Under the pieces are notes generated by a model, which saw only the letters and a program-made list of their open reading frames with translations, was not told where the DNA came from and ran no database searches. From contig OZ365116.1 in assembly GCA_977030845.1 (NCBI GenBank), forward strand, positions 4,216,001 to 4,280,000: a stretch of DNA of 64,000 nt, written 5' to 3'. Below are positions 26,011 through 38,865 of the stretch, piece after piece (the first letter of the stretch is position 1; each line of letters opens with the position of its first letter). Source of the DNA: Fimbriosthenelais zetlandica (taxonomy: Eukaryota). Both the position numbers and the translations under genes were made by a program.

Positions 26011-29000
26011 AGACCAGGTGTGACCTTGGATGCGGTGTTAGCCTTGTGCTAATGTGTACCAATCAGGAGGACTCCCACCGCCTGACGTCTTTATACATGT
26101 ATTTACCATCCTAATCCACATTAACCTATAGGTCTAAAAAAACACAGAAAAAGTAAGCAAAATGGAACATGGTATGTACATTAGATAGACTGATACATGG
26201 TATTTTCCAGTCAGTATTCACAATGTGGCTAGCCGCAACAATATCGCAACACTCGAAAGGCAGAAAACGCAAGTTGAGTTACCCATAGCCAAATAATTCA
26301 GACATGTACTGCTATTGCTATTTTGAGATGGTATCTGACCATGTCAAAACACTTCGTAATTTCAAAGAAGAAATTGGAGTTGTTTAATGGAAGATTGAAT
26401 TTCACGACTAGAGGGTGGATGAGAGGAGGGAGTCTGGTCCATCTAGATTCTATTTGCCTTGGTCTTAGCTCTATGGAGGAGGTATGATCTAGTTTCCCAT
26501 CATGTGATTACAATGGATCACATGACATGGGCACATGGTTTGTATCCATGGTAACTGTAAAGGATCAGAAAGTAATGTCAGAGGTTGCTTGCCAACGTAA
26601 TGACAGATTGGTCTAAAGTTACCCACTATAATTGTTATACACTCCCTGCTCCTTACTTTTTAGCTTCTGATCTGTCAAACATGTTATCAAGTTTAATTTC
26701 AATTAACCCTTTTGTGGTGACAAAGTAACCTATTCAAACCCAGGTTGGGTATGTAAGGGTAAAGTCTGAGATATCTGAACCTGTGGGAACGCAGGTTAGG
26801 TGTTATTGTGAGACTGGCGGATGAGGATGGGGTGTAAATCGTGCATAGTCTGTTAGACAATTCACTGAAAGGACCGAGACTCAGTGAAAATGTGAAACGG
26901 AGTGTAAATCATGTGAGGAGTTAAGCCGAGGAGGCTGTGAGATGTGAAGACTGTTTCATTTCTTACCATCATGCCATGATCGCATGTCCTCCACTTTCAT
27001 GCAATTCAGTGTCATAACTAAATATGATTTAGATGATAATGAAAATGTCATTCTCTCGGTGCAAGTCCCTTTCAACATGTTGTGGAGGTGTTGTTTTTAT
27101 GGCTTCCATTTATGGAATGTTTTTTTGTGTGGCTCACATGTTGGTGTATAGGACTGCATGGTTGGATCCTGCTCTGTCTCATCATCTAATTCAGTCAATC
27201 TTCATGTATCTCATGCTTAGATGATCCCACCATGACAGTCAATCCCCATGTATCTCATTCTATCACAAGTATCACCAATGTCACTCATCATCTGCTTAAC
27301 AAAAAACCCAATTTGCCCACTTCCGCACCGACCCTTCTCTATGAATTGCATAGACAGTTTCATCTTACCACAGACAAGCCTCAATGTCCATCCCCCACAA
27401 AATTAATGAACCAAACATAAAGAGGTGCGGCGAATGGGAGAGTTTTGGGACGAGTCTTTGCCGGGGTTGATGGCTAGTTTTTGTTGGCTGCATTTCCCTG
27501 ATGGAGTTGATGGTTGAGCGTGAAGTGTGATTGTAAATGTTCACATTTGATGGGCTCGTGGGATGGCATGTTAGACGGACGGTTTATGAGGCTGCAGCTG
27601 GACTGAGAAAAGAACCCTCCCTCTACAAGACCAATGGTGACGGCCAATCTTTCCACTAGGCCGACCCCGTTAAAGGCACCTGCATGAAAGAGTAGGCTGA
27701 TCTCAAGTATAAATCTTTTGTCTGTCTGTCGGGAGTGATGGGATTGGTACACGTGGATTCTCTCCATCTCGACCTTCTCCCCATTTCTCTCCTATTTCAG
27801 TAAAGAAAATAAGTACAGTCCATACATCTCTGCCGGAGCTAATTTGACCAGAGCTGAAAGAAATATGTTATCCAAATGCCATCTCATATTGCAATTCCCT
27901 GAATGCCCTTGGATATGATCTCTGAATCCAGTTCTTTACATTCAAATAATTAGAAATGGTATTTTCAATTCATCGATGTTTGAAAACTCATGGACGAATT
28001 TCTATTTCTGGTTAGGCGGGGAGGGCAAAAGATTCATTTCTATTAGGAAAAGGTACGTGTGACTTTTGGACTATAGAGTTAATAAGTTCCAGTACATTTC
28101 GTCCACCATGCAGGCCTCAGTGTTCTGGGGAAGACGACTAAGTAAGATGGTTTATTAATGCCCTTCCCATTTGAGAGAATAATAAGTGTCATATTTGAAA
28201 GCCACTCCTCACTTTTTCCGACTTTCCACTCAGAAGTTATAAAACCAAATCCCCAGCCCACCCCATTCCAAAACGAATAATCTGAATCAATGCTGATTCA
28301 GCTGGGAGGTTCAAAAAGCCCGAGTAGTGGCAGTCGGTTTAAGCTCTCTTCTGACCCTGGCTTTCAACTTGTCACTATTCATTAATTGTGTGGAATTGTC
28401 GCTGAGTGTCTCGCCTTGCTAGGTGCGTGTTGTTTTTTCTGACATGGCTGAGAGCCTTTCTCGTGACAAAGTGTCTTCCCACGCCTCTATGAGTTATTCA
28501 GTCATTGTGAATTATTTCCGCGGCACACTTGTCTTCCCTTCCCCCCAATTTGTCTACCTTTAGGACATGCTATATAGGGGTATACATACACCTGGGTGAA
28601 CCCAACACTTTTAAAGTCCATCCTTCCCAAATTCTATTTCCCATTCCCTCCTCAATTCATCACATGATAGTCTTCTTTCAATTCATGATTAAAAGAAACA
28701 TCCCACTACAGCATTGCTATTAACTCTTCGTATAGCAAAACATTCCATTTTTCCCTTCCAATTTTGTTTCGGCACACAGCGGATCATATGAAATATAATG
28801 AACTTGGTTTCAAGAGCAACAATTCTGAAGCAGAATAGTTTAAAACAGGTCATTCCTATGTACGTACCTTTGGCTACACAGGCAATGTTTCTGTATTTTC
28901 AAATGTCACTTGAGGGTTGTGGTGGTAGAAGGGCACGGAGCCACTCCAAACATGCCAGGGGTCGGACCTGGGAATCTCCAGAAATAAACCCAAGCACCTA

Positions 29001-31348
29001 CCAAGGGGCCATCAATGATCTCAACCCCTTCTACAGGAATCTACTTAACCCCTCCCAGTACAAGCCCCTCAACCAAACTCTACCTCTAATGTGCATTAAA
29101 GTACACCCTTCGACTATAGGAAATTGCCATGAAATGAGATTGCTCGGTGTTCTGATGCCTATCCCTGCATTCTGCGTATTGATGCTTGACCATCCATTTC
29201 AGTTAACTACTTATTGAATATTTCACTTGATTAAACGACCTCGTGTATAATAGTCAAATATTAGTTACCCCCCCATGTTGTCACTGGTATAATTAGACAT
29301 ACCGCTTCAACATCTCCCTAGATCCCTCAACTGATGTCTGCTTGTATTACAATTATACCATTACACCTTCAAATTGCTCGAGTCTATCTGCCTTGATATC
29401 TAAGGTAATAACTATTATATCACAGAAGAAAGCAGTCAGAGTTGGCATCCCTCTTTGTTGAATATCGAACATTATCAATACCTCAAAATTATCAACATCT
29501 CGGTCTCCATTTGTCAATAGTTTTTACGTTGACAAATATAGGAAGTGGTTGGATTCTGTAACGCGATCAAATTACGAAGCTTTTCATCGATTAAGATGCC
29601 ATTCACATACATACACAGGACTATCGATTCAATCTCCAAGTAAATCAGAGAGTTCTCAATGTATGCCAATCAGTCTATACCTCCCCCGTAACCCAACCAG
29701 CTTGTTTGGAGATGGGTGGAGTTTTTTCTGAGCAAAGACCAAATGGCACACTCATGTTTAGCCCCCGAGGATCAGATCGAAGCGTCTTTTTTTCTAGAGG
29801 AGAGTGTCAGCTACGTGTGGGAGATCCAAGCCCCGTGCCCTGAAGGGATAAAGTGCAGGTCTGAGCTCCTATTCCGGGGGTTATTCTGCCGTATACCATC
29901 AGGGTTTGATGGAGCAGCATTGAGAGGCCCCAGCTGGTAACCCCTGATTATAGCAATACGATAGGCGGGGGTTTGATACCCGATGCTCACTGAAAACTGG
30001 ATGTTTGATGGTCTCAGGAAGTGTTCAGTGTTCATTTGACCCTCACTGCTCTCCTCCTATATGCCAGGATCCTTCAAATGCTCCTCCATTTAGAACCTCA
30101 ATAGGATATCCTAAACCACCATTATTTGCCATGAATTCTACCCCCACATTCAAGTAATAGCAGGTTCAATAGTGCAGTGTCTGCTCGAGTTAAAATGCAC
30201 CCTGCTGCACAAGTTAGGGTCTTAGTGGGTATCTCAATTTGTCTCAAACAATAACTCCACCCTTTCAAGCCTCCACCTTCATATCTATTAGCAGTTCAAT
30301 TCACGTGTATACATATATGAAACACATCAACTGCACTTATCGCTCATTTTACACATATTACCCCCTGTAGTACTTCACAAAGTGTCAGAACGTTCTACCT
30401 GCCGCCCGGGTTGAGGACAGTCGGGTGTTACATGGTTAGGGCCCACCACTGTGAAATTGCCACCATTCTCCCTGCTCACCACCGTGCCAAGGGCTGTGGT
30501 TTGAACATAATTATAATGCTACAGTAGACTGGATGCTAATCTTGGGTTTTGATATTTAACTGGACTTTTATGGGGGAAACTTGTCATTGAAGGAGCTCTA
30601 TACGTACATGTGGTCATGACATGGTTGTACTTGACCCTTCAGTACAAAGCAATTATAGCCGACACTGGGTAGAATAATTATACCATGACCATCAAGTTTT
30701 TTTAAATTCAAGTTGGGCCCACTTTCGCTGTTCCAGATGACAGCCTTGCATGTTTTAATATGTCAACCAATTTTAGCAATTTATCATCAAATTTTGTATA
30801 GAAAATTTAAAATTTCTCCCATTATAACTCATGCAAGTTCCATCACAGAACTGCATAAAAATATTTGTTTCAAGGTAAATTAAAAAAAAAAGGAGCTGAA
30901 CTATTTGATGTTTGGACTTCTACCACTTGAAATATGCCTCAACTTTCTATCGGTCATCAGATCTGGGTCCCTTGGCTGTGGTATATATCATTCTGAATGA
31001 AAGCTTGCCAGCGAAATTTGGCCCCAAAATATTGCCATTCATTAATGCCAACAGAGCAGAAGTTAGTGGTGGAAACAAGTTGTATAGGACACCGTGTGTC
31101 AGGCATTCCTTGGCAGAGGTCTATTGCCTTAGGTCTGTTGATAGCCTTGCTGCCTGGTTAAGCATCTAATAGAAGCTAGTCAGCCAAGGTGTGACATCTA
31201 CTTCTTACTGTAGGCCATATATATACTCCCCAATTAAAAAAATGTATACACTTTTGCCTCAGGATAACATCCGAGAAGAAAAGGATACTAATGGAGTAAC
31301 TTGGTTTTCATATATTATATTTTTTTGCTCTCGTTTGTATATTTTTAG

Positions 31349-31399
31349 ATTGGAAGGCTTATATATGCAGTCATATGTCTGGTATAACCCAGCTATGCC
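31349..31399 (+). other. Candidate 51-nt cassette exon
   Basis: TTTTTTGCTCTCGTTTGTATATTTTTAG acceptor with about 50 nt free of AG; donor GCC|GTGAGT at 31400. 17 codons, open in phases 1 and 2. Confidence 0.35.
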
Positions 31400-33690
31400 G
31401 TGAGTTGAAAATGTCCAGAAGTTGTGCGTCCTATTATAGACATGCCTTGATGGCCAGGCTTACTCCATGATTAGATTATCAGTGGGTCTAGCCCCTGGTG
31501 CCAGTCATGTTTCACCCTCCTACCATATGTATGTACAGGTTAGATGTAGGGTCTATGTTATTAAAGCTCTGTAAGTAGGCATGTCCAAATCCTCTCTCCT
31601 GCCACTGCCAGAACGCCATCGAGTGAAAGCATGCAATGCCTCAGGAAGCGCTGGCCAACTATAGACTGTGATTTCTGTGTCGAGGACCACTTGTGATAGT
31701 CGGGTTGGATTCTCTGGTATAAGACAAGAAGACATGGGTCATGTATGTGCATGTAGGGATTAGATTAGACCCTTCCTCCTGTATGCAGGGTGACTGTTGG
31801 CACATCCTCCAGGGAGTTTTACACAACAGTTCTGGTCCTCCTCCTTGGCAGACACCAGAGAGACTTTTTCACAGTCCCATCGGTGGCATCTTCCTATCAT
31901 GACGAGAGCTGGTGTTGCGCCACAGACGATCTTTGAATTGCTGCTCTGTTATTGCTGTCATAAATTGTCTTTGCTCCTGTTGGATGGCCTAGCTGAGAAC
32001 TGGCTATAAGGCTGGTGATATGGTGATGAAGCCCCTCTTAAAAGAGCATAATAAATGGGTTGAGGCATGACTGCGGAAAACATTCAACACTCACAGCCAT
32101 GTTCCCCCATCTCTTCCACTCAAATACTGAGCTCATGAGATGGCACACATTTCCCAATAGTTTCTTTGAATATTGTCTGATTAATCTCCCAGCAAAACAA
32201 GGTTAATTTTTCTTCCAGTTGTATTATAAAGTTCATGAGTATATTCATATTGAAGTGGGTAACTATTGCAGTCTTGATTCAAACGTTCGCCCCTCGGGAT
32301 CAACAGTTTCCATCATAAAACATGAGAAGACTTATCAGGTCCATATCGGGGCTCTCTCACAGGATCAATGTTGACAAGATATCTCTACAAATGAGGTCTG
32401 CTTTAGAGAGATTCTGGTACAAATACGCTCCCCAAGACTCGTCCCATGTCCCTCTGGGTCCCATTCTATTTTGAAGTAGGCAGAAGTAGCACGTAAAGGA
32501 AACTGGAGATGAAATATTTAGGACCAACTTTTGAAGAGTTTAATATTATCACATTAGGTGACGCGCAAAGTGATTCTCTGTTCTTTACTATCCGCTCATC
32601 TACACGTGGATAGGCGAACATGAATGGGAACTTTTAGACATTTCATAAGATTTGATGATTTCCTACATCAAAGCAAGTTGCTTTTGCTTTCTCTGTTGCT
32701 CAAAAAGTTTGCTTTACATTTGTTTTTCTCACAGTGTACTTTCCGATTCCTCGTCTCATCTGAATGATAATTACTTGTGTCTATTGTCATGCCGAGCGTT
32801 CTTGCCAAAGAATAAGAAAGTCAAAACTTTCAAGTGAAAGTAGAAAGTCATGACGATTCTGTCGGGAGACTTCATCAACTGTAGTCCCGTTAGTTAGCCT
32901 CATTGGATGTCTGAGCATGAAAGTCTTCTATTTCACTCCCCGTCTCCTCCTATAGTACAATTTTATGAGAAGTAGTTCACAATTGGTGTCCTTTCCAGTA
33001 TTGCTTTCAATGAACGATAAAATAGTTCCTGGGCTTCTAGCAAACATTTCTGTTACAGACTTCCCATGTAGACAGGAAAGTCTTTCTCGTCCTCAGAAGA
33101 AACTTTCTGAGTCAAAGAGTGTATGATTTTCGGGATGCGCTCGATTATTTATTGAAGAAAGTGTTTCTTCAAAGCATGGTGCAATGCACACTTCCCCCAC
33201 ACTCGCCTACTTGGCATATCTCTTATAGGATCAACCAAAGCCTTGCTGACAAATGGTTGAATATTGAGTCCAGAGCAGGTTTGCTTTCTACCCAAGCCTT
33301 CAGGCAAATGCTGCACTTAAAGCATTTGTTGGCGTTTCTCTGTGATGAATGCGTGTCGGGATTATGGAATATCATTCCATTAGCCTCTCTTTTTTTGAAT
33401 GTCATTAACGATGTGGATTTCAAATTAGCCCTCTTGATTTTTGGCATTACCACTGTATGGAGAGTGTGCCTGGATTATGTTGGAAGTCGTAGCTGGGATT
33501 TCTCCTTTATCCTCTGGCCTTAAAGCTGAATCTGCCTCCTTAAAGGATCGTAGTGAATCCTGTTGGAGCAGAGCCGGGTTGATTTGGAGGATGCATTTAT
33601 TGAAGGCTTTAGTAGCATGGCGCCCCGCTCTGGCACCACTCTGTCTCCGGCCTGATATTGCTGCCTGCTCCATAAGACAGCATCAGGGCG

Positions 33691-33749
33691 TTAATCTGCT
33701 ACTTAATCCTGCTTTAATCTGCTTTAATCTGCTTTTATCTGTGTAATCA
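33691..33749. repeat. About 10-bp degenerate repeat carrying TAATC(C/T) motifs
   Basis: TAATCT 33692, TAATCC 33704, TAATCT 33715, TAATCT 33725, TTATCT 33735, TAATCA 33744. Confidence 0.7.
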
Positions 33750-33844
33750 GGCCAGATAGGCCGAGGTCAGAGCTGGACGCTGATGACTTATAGGCTGCAT
33801 ACACAGGCGCCCATCAGATTAGGACGTTCTCCCTTGATGAATGA

Positions 33845-33889
33845 CTGCCTCATCGGCAAGACGCTGCCTCATCGGCAAGACACTGCCTC
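33845..33889. repeat. 19-bp tandem repeat (about 2.4 copies)
   Basis: CTGCCTCATCGGCAAGAC(G/A) twice, then CTGCCTC. Confidence 0.85.
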
Positions 33890-35280
33890 GCACAAACTTG
33901 CCAAAGAGAAAAGGTCCAGCGTCCATGCCCACTTGGAGGCTGTTTTCAAAGCAATGTAATCAACTTGTTCATCCATCTTCCCCCTCCCCGCCCTTTGCCT
34001 TGTGCAGATTTTCTCTACCTACTTAGGCTTTCATGTCAGTTCTTGTCATGCTTATCAACTTGGAGAAATAAATTTTATACCGTGCACAAGATTCTCTTTT
34101 TGATTCTGATTTTCGATCATCAATAAATTCTCTGATAAACTGATAGGATGTCTGGCATCCTACATTTTTCACTGAAATATATAGAGTACAATCTCTAAAG
34201 GATCAATGATTTAGCTATCTATACTGACTTTGTTAGTTGATATTTATTCAATAGATTGTGGAAATCGTACAATGGCAGCATATATCATTAGTTCCATGGC
34301 AATTTATTAAGTGATGTCAGAAGAGTATGAAGTATACAGTGGTATATGAACTCAACCTTGGTAATACTAGTAAACCCCGCAGGCTTTAGTTGTGCAATGT
34401 CCAAATCATCTATATATCACTGTCATTCTATGGCCATATTTTTAGCCATTAATTTCTACACAATGCGCATCACACAAATAGGCTGACCTCAGACATGATG
34501 GATGTATTCAATACTTACTGACCAATGAATTAAACTCGACCTGAACGGTCAAGCTGCAGCATGGTATACGTGTGCTCACGATCTTCATCATTATGTTAGC
34601 TTGCCCCAGTTTTTAATCATGTAAAAGTACCATTTACTTGTTTGTATTTTTGGCCACGTTGCCCAGAGAAGACATCTCAATGCCATGTCATGTTTGAGAG
34701 CTTTTTGTTGTCCTCCATGTAAGAGAAATGATCGCCCACGGTAGCAGCAGATTGTGTCGAGCGAGGAATGCATTAGCATTCATGATTAAATGAATGTATT
34801 TTTTTGCCATGTCAGCTTTTTTTTCAAGGCAGTAGGGGTCCATCATTCATGCATTGATGAGCTAATTTCTGGAGGCATACTAACTGAGAGGAGGCTTGGT
34901 TTTAGATTTGAAGCCACTTAAGCCGCTATGAATCCAACATGAAGCCAACCAGTGTGAATTAAGCCAGGGGCCAAACCCAACCTACTTAAAGTTTGGATTC
35001 TACCTTCACCTTCGTTAATACCTTTTGAAATTCTTTTGCAATTTTCTGACAGGTTCAAATACTTATGTGGATTTAGTATAGAAGAATGGTAACAGATTAG
35101 GCCTACTCATGCTATATGTATATAAACTGGGAGACTTTGTTTGCTTTTCTTTGGACAATATTTGTCTTCTGTAGCAGAGCCATGCAGGTTCCATTCCATG
35201 CCTAATACTTATTCTTTCAAGGGCATGGAAATAACTGATTAAAATGAAAATATGAAGCATGAAGTTATGCCTGATATTCT

Positions 35281-35373
35281 TTTCACTTATAAGTCCATAT
35301 TTATCTTTGTAGGTAAGTTCATTCACCTCTGTCCATTCAACAGGGAATGAAAGAATCCAACCATAATGTAAGT
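35281..35373 (+). other. Recursive splice site RS3 with 55-nt cryptic RS-exon (35313-35367)
   Basis: TCCATATTTATCTTTGTAG|GTAAGT (junction 35312/35313), with putative branch TTCAC at about 35282-35286. Second donor AAT|GTAAGT at 35368. An upstream AG at 35292-35293 makes the acceptor less clean. Confidence 0.62.
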
Positions 35374-38300
35374 CATCAAATAAGCCATAACATAAAGTAA
35401 TACATTGGGTAGGACACCTTTAGCTTAGCCCATATTGGTACTTGGCATAATCGCAATGTGCACACGTTCCTGCATTGGCTCTCACCCCATTCAGCGCTAG
35501 AAAGTGTTTTCCATGACCTTCCTCTGACGCCTGCCATTTTGATGCCATATTTGGCGCCATCAAGGGTGATTTACAAAGTATCCCAGAGAAGAGGCCTGCC
35601 TAACAATGGGACCTTGTGTGCCCAGCGATGTGCCATCCTTCTTCCCTAGTTTTGCACCACAGAAGAGATGGCAATGTTTTTCCCCTCTCATCAGCCTGGT
35701 TGGTGTATGTCTAGGCAGTATTGGCAAAATGAGGGAATACACTATGTAAATATGTTTTGTAAGTTCAGCCAGTGCGAGTGGACTGTATGTAAAGTATATC
35801 TGGAGTGGATTGTTTCTGCCTACATCTGGCCCACATTTCAGTCACACATGAATGTTTGTATATGCCATCTCATTGCATAAAGTGATCCTCCCAGACCATT
35901 TCTTAAAGAAGAAGTGTTTCCCACCAGATATTAAGTTTATGGTTTCAATCTGTGCAAAAAGCCCCGAACATATATGCATCCACTAAATCCATTTTATGCG
36001 AAAGTAAAGCACAACAAATTATACCATCAATTCAAGGGCATGGCGAGTTTGCCATACGCTTTTAAATATCCATCATATACTGGTATATATAGATGAAGGA
36101 TTGATGATGTAAAGCCCATTGGAAATTTTGAATTTATTCCTCTACAGAATAATTCATATGGCCGGACCTATGGTTGGTTTGAGGTGCCTCTGGCAGTGCA
36201 TTTATTTTCAGGGGAACTAATGGCTAGAATCTATCTCCTTCCAAACTGACAGCGCCTGCCCTATACACTAGACTAAGCTGTCAATTTCCCCTCGTTTGGT
36301 CAACGCTCGGGGTGACTGCTTCCCCTATATCCTTCATCCACCAAATGTGCCCTATGTAAACTCCGCCATTGTTGCATATTTCCTGTAGGGCCTGTGTGAA
36401 TTTGTGGCTTACTATTACCAAATGTGGAGTTAAGTGCTATAGGAACTCGATCCATTTCCGTCTGAACAATAATTTGTACCAGGCATTTACTAGTTAGAAT
36501 CATGGAGCCCTGGTGCTGGGATGATTGTCATTTTCATGTCTGTACATGAGGGTATACAAGGTACTTCTGCTTTGCAGATAATCGCTTACATGTTGCACTC
36601 GAGGAAGCTCTGGGGACACTTTTATAAACATTGAAGTGTAATGGCGCGGTGGGCATATTCCGCTTGCAACTAAATATGTTGCATGTTTTCCTTCAATGAA
36701 TTATTCATGGTTTGGAAGAGATTTGCATGTCGAGGTTTTAGGTGGGAGGATTATGGTGAAATAGCGAGGAGGGGACCGTGATGGGACGCATGTAAGAGGC
36801 TTGCAGGTGATAATGAAATAGCAAGAGAACAAACAAGACATCGATAGCTTTGCTTTGCCGAGCTGAAAACCGACCAGGGAAGAAGGCTGGGAATGTGAAA
36901 GGCAATTAAATATGAAACCTTATTGTAAAGCTCGAATTAAAGGGAAATACAAGGCCAGAATCATTTCCATTTTCATCCTCTGCTTTTATTGTTGCCCATT
37001 GTTGCAAGGGAGTTGCAGATGTTTGCGGCTGTCAGAATTGACTCTGAACATAAAGGCGGAAACAAGATGCAGGAATTGGGTTCATTTCCTGTGAGGGGCT
37101 GGCTTTCACCGTCTGACCTTTGTGGATGATTATCCTGTGTGTTTATCTGTTATAATCTTACTCATTATTACCAATTACCACCAGTCAACATAGGAGACCA
37201 TAATGGTGATATTAAACCAGTCACCAGTGGAGCTTGAATGAAAGGCTAACTAAAGCCCTGCTGGTCATCCATGATATTGATGGTATTATTTAACTCAACT
37301 ATTGCCCCGTGCCCTTTGGTCATCTCTTTCTTTGCCTGCTGGGTCAAGGTCTCCAGACTGTGAGGTCAAAGTTCACGGGAGTCAGCATAAACAGGAGTTT
37401 TTTTATGAAGCACATTAGTCATTGTAGTCATGTCACGGGTGGCCTTCAAGCAAACTTGGCTACAACTAGAAAAAACGAGATTTATTATATAGGCTTTATA
37501 TCTGACCTATAATATAATGTATTTGACTACCCGAGGCAAATTAGAGTTTGACAAACCGATCCTTGGTCTCAGATTGAAAAAGGCTTCCATCCAGTATAAA
37601 AACTTTCCGCTAGAAAAATATTTATGGAGTATTTAAGTGGCAATGGGATCAGTAGCGTGGGCCTGGATCTCCTTGGCCCTTGTCAAATGCATAATTTGAA
37701 AGCGGGCAATTTGGGAAGGTGACCCAACGAGGCCTCATCGCTCATATGTTTACATGAGTGGTGAAGGCTGGGGCTAATTGGCCTTACCTCAGCCTATAGC
37801 CGGCCCACTTCGCCTCTTATGTTGCAGTAACTGAGAGAGTATGATGCATGGGAGGAGAATGGCTGTCACTGGGCTGGGACTCGTCCTGATTGTTATACTT
37901 CCCCTACAGCTATGTATCATTTCATGCCTAATGTTGTGACAATGAGGAATGAGTAGTTGTTAAATGCACCAGCTGAGGGCTTGGGTCATCATCCATTTAT
38001 ATGTGTGGCCCTTATTGATGTGATACGCGCACTTTAGGTCATTTAGTCTTATTTTACTTTCCCACTCGTTTATACATCCATTTTGAAAGTTGGTTTAAAG
38101 ATGACAGGCTCTATTGTCCATTGTTTGAACATATTCCTGTTTGTCATGGTCACAGAGACCATGTATTATATATTTCCCTTTACCATGATTAAAGATTTTC
38201 TTGGAAAATTAAGAAGTACAATATTTTATTATTTAAACAACAGAACCAGAACATTCAAACAGTCAAAAATACCAGAGATCCTTTTCTCTCCCTCTCTGTG

Positions 38301-38770
38301 GAAAATGAGGCTCATTTTTGCTGAATTAAGAATTTGTCTGGATATGATCATTTCTCTTTGAGAAAAAAAGCTCCACTGGAAAATTTCATTCAAATGAAAA
38401 GCCATTGAGCTTCATCACAGGCCATGACAGCTTATTATGTGGCTAAGAAATGGCAACTGCTCGCCTGGTAAAAAACGCTATTGACCGCCAAGAATGACTT
38501 GCTCTCGTGCAGAAGTTGCCTCTTCTGGCATGGTCTGGCCAAACAAACCGAGCACACTGTCTGTGTACTGAATAGTTTTCACTTGCAAAACCAATTTCAT
38601 TTTGGCAAGATGACTATTGAACATTTGAAAAAAGGCCAGCAATTACTTGCTCTGGAGAATTTTAGTTTTCCATAGAAATAAACATGAGTTTTCTTCTTTA
38701 AAAGCATTTAGTTGTCGTTGGCTGTTGAACTTTCCTGGGCGAGAATGTTATGAGATCATGACAATGACAT

Positions 38771-38865
38771 GGGAGGAGGGGTGGGTAGAGGGGGGCGGTG
38801 GGGGGTGGGTAGAGGGGGGAGGTGGGGGATGGGTAGAGGGAGGAGAGGGGGGGAGGGAGGAGAGG
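38771..38865 (+). repeat. G-rich 24-bp tandem repeat (about 3 copies), G-quadruplex-forming potential
   Basis: (G/A)TGGGTAGAG at 38781, 38805 and 38829 (period 24), with many runs of 3 or more G. Confidence 0.85.

Noticed and set aside
32735-32833. 99-nt open exon candidate after a strong acceptor
   Set aside because: Donor CAA|GTGAAA is weak and the peptide is not recognisable.
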